A DNA stretch of 63,689 nt, filler included, from Hyphochytrium catenoides (Eukaryota > Protista > Hyphochytriomycota): NCBI GenBank assembly GCA_900088475.1. It is 9 parts of 9 records of this genome, joined end to end, with 100 filler letters (N's around TTAATTAATTAA, not from the genome) between each part and the next. Parts side by side here need not be neighbours in the genome. Positions count along the whole stretch, not along the records: positions 60,611 to 61,894 come from FLMG01001888.1; positions 61,995 to 63,689 come from FLMG01003900.1; 7 more parts are not named here. One strand, given 5' to 3'. The notes under the pieces were generated by a model, which worked only from the letters and a program-made list of their open reading frames with translations, did not search any database and had not been told where the DNA came from. The position numbers and the translations under genes are program-made. Positions 60,611-63,689 of this stretch are shown here, in pieces (within the stretch, counting starts at the first letter, position 1; the number at the start of each line of letters is the position of its first letter).

Positions 60611-61894
60611 GACCACACGGTACGACCTTGATGCGAGCCTATCACGTCCTTATAATGTACCAGCTACCTGCCTCTCAGAAAGACATGATCCACTGCCTTC
60701 ATCTCTCTCATTTGCCTCTCTAGTCTGATCCCTCGATCCCATTAGGTCATTTACAGAGCATCAAAGCCCAACTTCATGTGCCTATCATTCCTTCGCCTAT
60801 CGTTCTCAGCACTAGCTCCTTCGGAGGGAAGACACATCATCAGAGGCAAGGCTGACCGTGTGAGCCGAAGCTACACACACCACAGTGCGTTGGATCTCGG
60901 GAGCCTCTATATGATACGCCCTTGTGGCCCTACTGTCACCAATCGAGGTGATTGAAAGGGCAAGACCGAGGACCAAAAAGCTACAATGGACTCCTGAGCG
61001 ATTGCCCTGTCACCTGCTTAAGCCATAGCACATTGTGCCTTTCTCCTACTTCGTCCCAGGCTGTGCACAAGGAAGGCAGAAAGGCGGATTTCACGTTGGA
61101 ATGTACGGTCGGAAAGCATGGAAGCAGCGCAGCGGCCGGGTGACTCCCACCGTGGTAATCATGGTATAGCATTCCAGCCTTCTGATCACTGCAAGGCAAG
61201 GCCGTGGGGAGTTGTTTAGGGAGCGAAGGTATTATGATGACGCGGTCACCCACTCGCTCTCTCTCGAATCAAGTAGTGAACTGTGAGAGAGAAAGGAACA
61301 GACTCATTAAATCTACCACCATGCCAGCAGAGGCTCAAAAGAGGGTCTTCTTTCCTCTGTTCCGACTGTGACTGACAGCCACCGCATGAGAGGCGTAGAG
61401 GCAGACTGCAGAATATTCAATGTTGAAGCTTACGCGGAAGGACAGCTCCAAATTCTTTACCTCGTCGTCCGTCCCAATGCCCACCAAATAATTATAATTG
61501 AGCGGCAGCAGCAGCAGTCTGCTATCAAGGATATCGAGCCTTTCTTACTAAAGCGCCATCGGAAAGAGCATTTCTTCAGACCGCGCGCTTGGAACAGAAA
61601 TAAGGCCAGAGGAGGGAGCGAATGGCAGAATACCTCTATTAGCACACTATGGTGTATGTGCTTCAAGTGCGATCTGCGCTGTCTTCTTCTGCCTTGCAAA
61701 AAAATAAATCAGGTAGTCCTTCTTCCCTGTCAGCGGTGCAGCGAAGGTGCACCACTGCTGAGGCGCTATGCTACACGCATGGCCTACGTCAACAGTCTTT
61801 TGCTGTGTGTCTACACAAGTTGCCAGCCCGCCCTTGGACTTCTCCTTCCATCACCTCAACAACCATTTCCCGAGGTGTCCCTCTCTTCCTTGAT

Positions 61895-61994
61895 NNNNNN
61901 NNNNNNNNNNNNNNNNNNNNNNNNNNNNNNNNNNNNNNTTAATTAATTAANNNNNNNNNNNNNNNNNNNNNNNNNNNNNNNNNNNNNNNNNNNN
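61895..61994. other. Artificial scaffold-joining spacer
   Basis: 44N-TTAATTAATTAA-44N. Confidence 0.97.
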
Positions 61995-62483
61995 TTTCTC
62001 TTTCTCTTCCCTGTCTCTCATTTGTTCTCTCTCTCTCCGGGTGATGAACTCTAGGTCATCAGCCCAAAGAGAGATGCTATAGCTGCTGTTAGGCAGGGAA
62101 GAAGAGGTGGAGAGAGAGGAATGAGAAGCAGCAGTGAGAGAGCTCTCTTTCTTGTGCAGCGGGCTTATGGGCTCCACCCAAGGTTTTCTCTTTGTATCTT
62201 CCATCTTTTCGTCTCTCTCTCTTCTGCTGTCTTCTCTTTCTCTCTCGACGTTGTTCCTCTCTTTCTTCCAGCCTCCTGCCACTGGCGAGCCAGAGTGTAG
62301 GGGCTTCTTCTTAGCGCTCGAGAGAGGTGAAGTGGGAGAGAACGAAGGGGAAGCAAGATAGCTCTCTCCTCTCGATGCCAAGAGAGACTTGTTGCTCGTC
62401 AGAGGGGAGAGAGCGGAAGAGAGAGGCTTCTGAGAGGGAGAAGATCGGAGAGAGAGAGCTTCAGGATGTTGTGACGCAGCCAT
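61995..62483 (-). CDS. Hypothetical Ser/Pro-rich protein, 5' fragment running into the spacer
   Basis: Open frame from the ATG at 62483 (MAASQHPEALSLRSSP...LWADDLEFITRRE). Low complexity; no domain recognised. Confidence 0.35.
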
Positions 62484-63370
62484 TCTGTTAGAGGTTGGGG
62501 TGGTGGCCGTCCTCTCATCTCTGTCCCTCATGACCCAGTTCAAAAGTAGGGGGAAGAGAACGGAGAGAGAGAGAGAGAGAACGAGAGAGAGACAGACAGA
62601 CAGACAGAGAGAGAGTGGCAAAAATATTTGAGAGGCCTAAGTCTGCCTCATGCCTTAGAGGACTGAGAATATGGAGAGAACCCCAGCAGGTTGCTATGCA
62701 TGTTGCTCCTCTTTTCTCCTCCTTTTCATCTTCATTCTATCATCTTAGCACCCTTCTGCCGCCTGTCAGGAGACAGAAAGCGCGCGACTGACAAGAAGTG
62801 AGACGAAGAGAGAAACGCGAAGAGACGAGGAAAGAAAGAGAAAGAGAGAGAGAGAGAGAGAGAAGAGACAGAAAAGAGAGAGAGAAAAAGAGAAGAATAC
62901 AACGACGATAGAGAAGGAGGTAGGGGCGGGGCAGAGACAAGAAAGGTAAGAAGTAGAAGCCAAGGATTTGAAGAAAAGCGCTGAACAGAGACGAAATTGG
63001 AGAGAAAGAGACAGAAAGAGAGACAGAGAGAGAGAGAGAGAGTAGATAGAGAGAAAAGAGATGTCTCCCAGGCCCCCGACAAAGTGTTTCACCCTTTCAC
63101 TTGTTGAGCAATCCCCTTCAAAGACTAAGGAGAGAGAGAGAGAGACAAGATCCTCGCCAGGATGAGGGGCAGCGATTGCGGACGGAGACAACTCACTAGG
63201 AGGCCTCGGCGGCAATGAAGCTGAAGAGCCAGACGAGGATGATGGCCCCAAATGACGATTGAAGAGAAAGGGGAAATCAGCGAGAGCGAAGAAAGAGAGA
63301 GAAAAGAGAGAGGGAGAGAGAGAGAAGAAGGCGCGAGAGAGGGAGAGAGAAAGGAGCGAGAAAGGGAGAG

Positions 63371-63423
<53 letters not shown>

Positions 63424-63689
63424 ATTTGTAACGTCCACGACGGGGGCCATCAGCCCTCCCCTGTCTACTAATAATTCATAGAGGTTGATAACACATTCTT
63501 ATGTTCTCATAAATAAGCCGCCACCTCCTATAAATGCCGCGACCTAGCCGTCATAATACCCAAACATAAGCCGGTCTAGACCACAAAATATCATGAAGCG
63601 AGGCCAATCAAGCACTGAAGGTAGGGTGAGAGAGAGAGAGAGAAGCAGACAGGCAAGAAGAGAGAGAGAGAGAGAGAGAGAGAAGCAGA

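Noticed and set aside
60611-61894. Small scaffold with a 192-aa Cys-containing ORF
   Set aside because: GTG start and no recognisable family; I cannot support it as coding.
4759-63471. Dozens of ORFs rich in SL/ER repeats (e.g. 34305-35333, 5954-6616, 15986-16582)
   Set aside because: They are translations of (CT)n/(GA)n microsatellites in introns and intergenic DNA, which lack stop codons by composition.

Overview
Eukaryotic nuclear DNA from a compact, intron-rich genome with very abundant (GA)n/(CT)n microsatellites. The lineage is probably a flagellate protist or alga (stramenopile-like is an inference, not demonstrated). The window is not one locus. Eight identical 100-bp spacers (44 N + TTAATTAATTAA + 44 N) join nine separate scaffolds, so gene adjacency across a spacer carries no meaning. 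Most ORFs in the supplied track are microsatellite artefacts, and I rebuilt the real genes by hand across GT-AG and GC-AG introns. Genes supported by the sequence: an S10 serine carboxypeptidase, eIF4B (5'-partial), a stand-alone SWIB protein, a CPTP/ACD11-like GLTP-fold protein with a hydrophobic N-terminal extension, a C2H2+CCCH zinc-finger protein, a tandem-SCP2 protein ending in SKL, an intronless PPR-like protein, QCR9, PACRG, Tudor-SN (3'-partial), a divergent AGC-like kinase, a frameshifted glycosyltransferase-like gene, TGS1 with an SMN-type Tudor domain, a LYR protein, and a partial LRR-TM-zinc-ribbon receptor-like gene. The most interesting items are the Tudor-TGS1 fusion, the LRR receptor with symmetric 63-nt one-repeat exons, GA-to-CT polarity within introns, and an inverted pair of degenerate homeodomain-like fragments. 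I found no rRNA, tRNA or CRISPR array.
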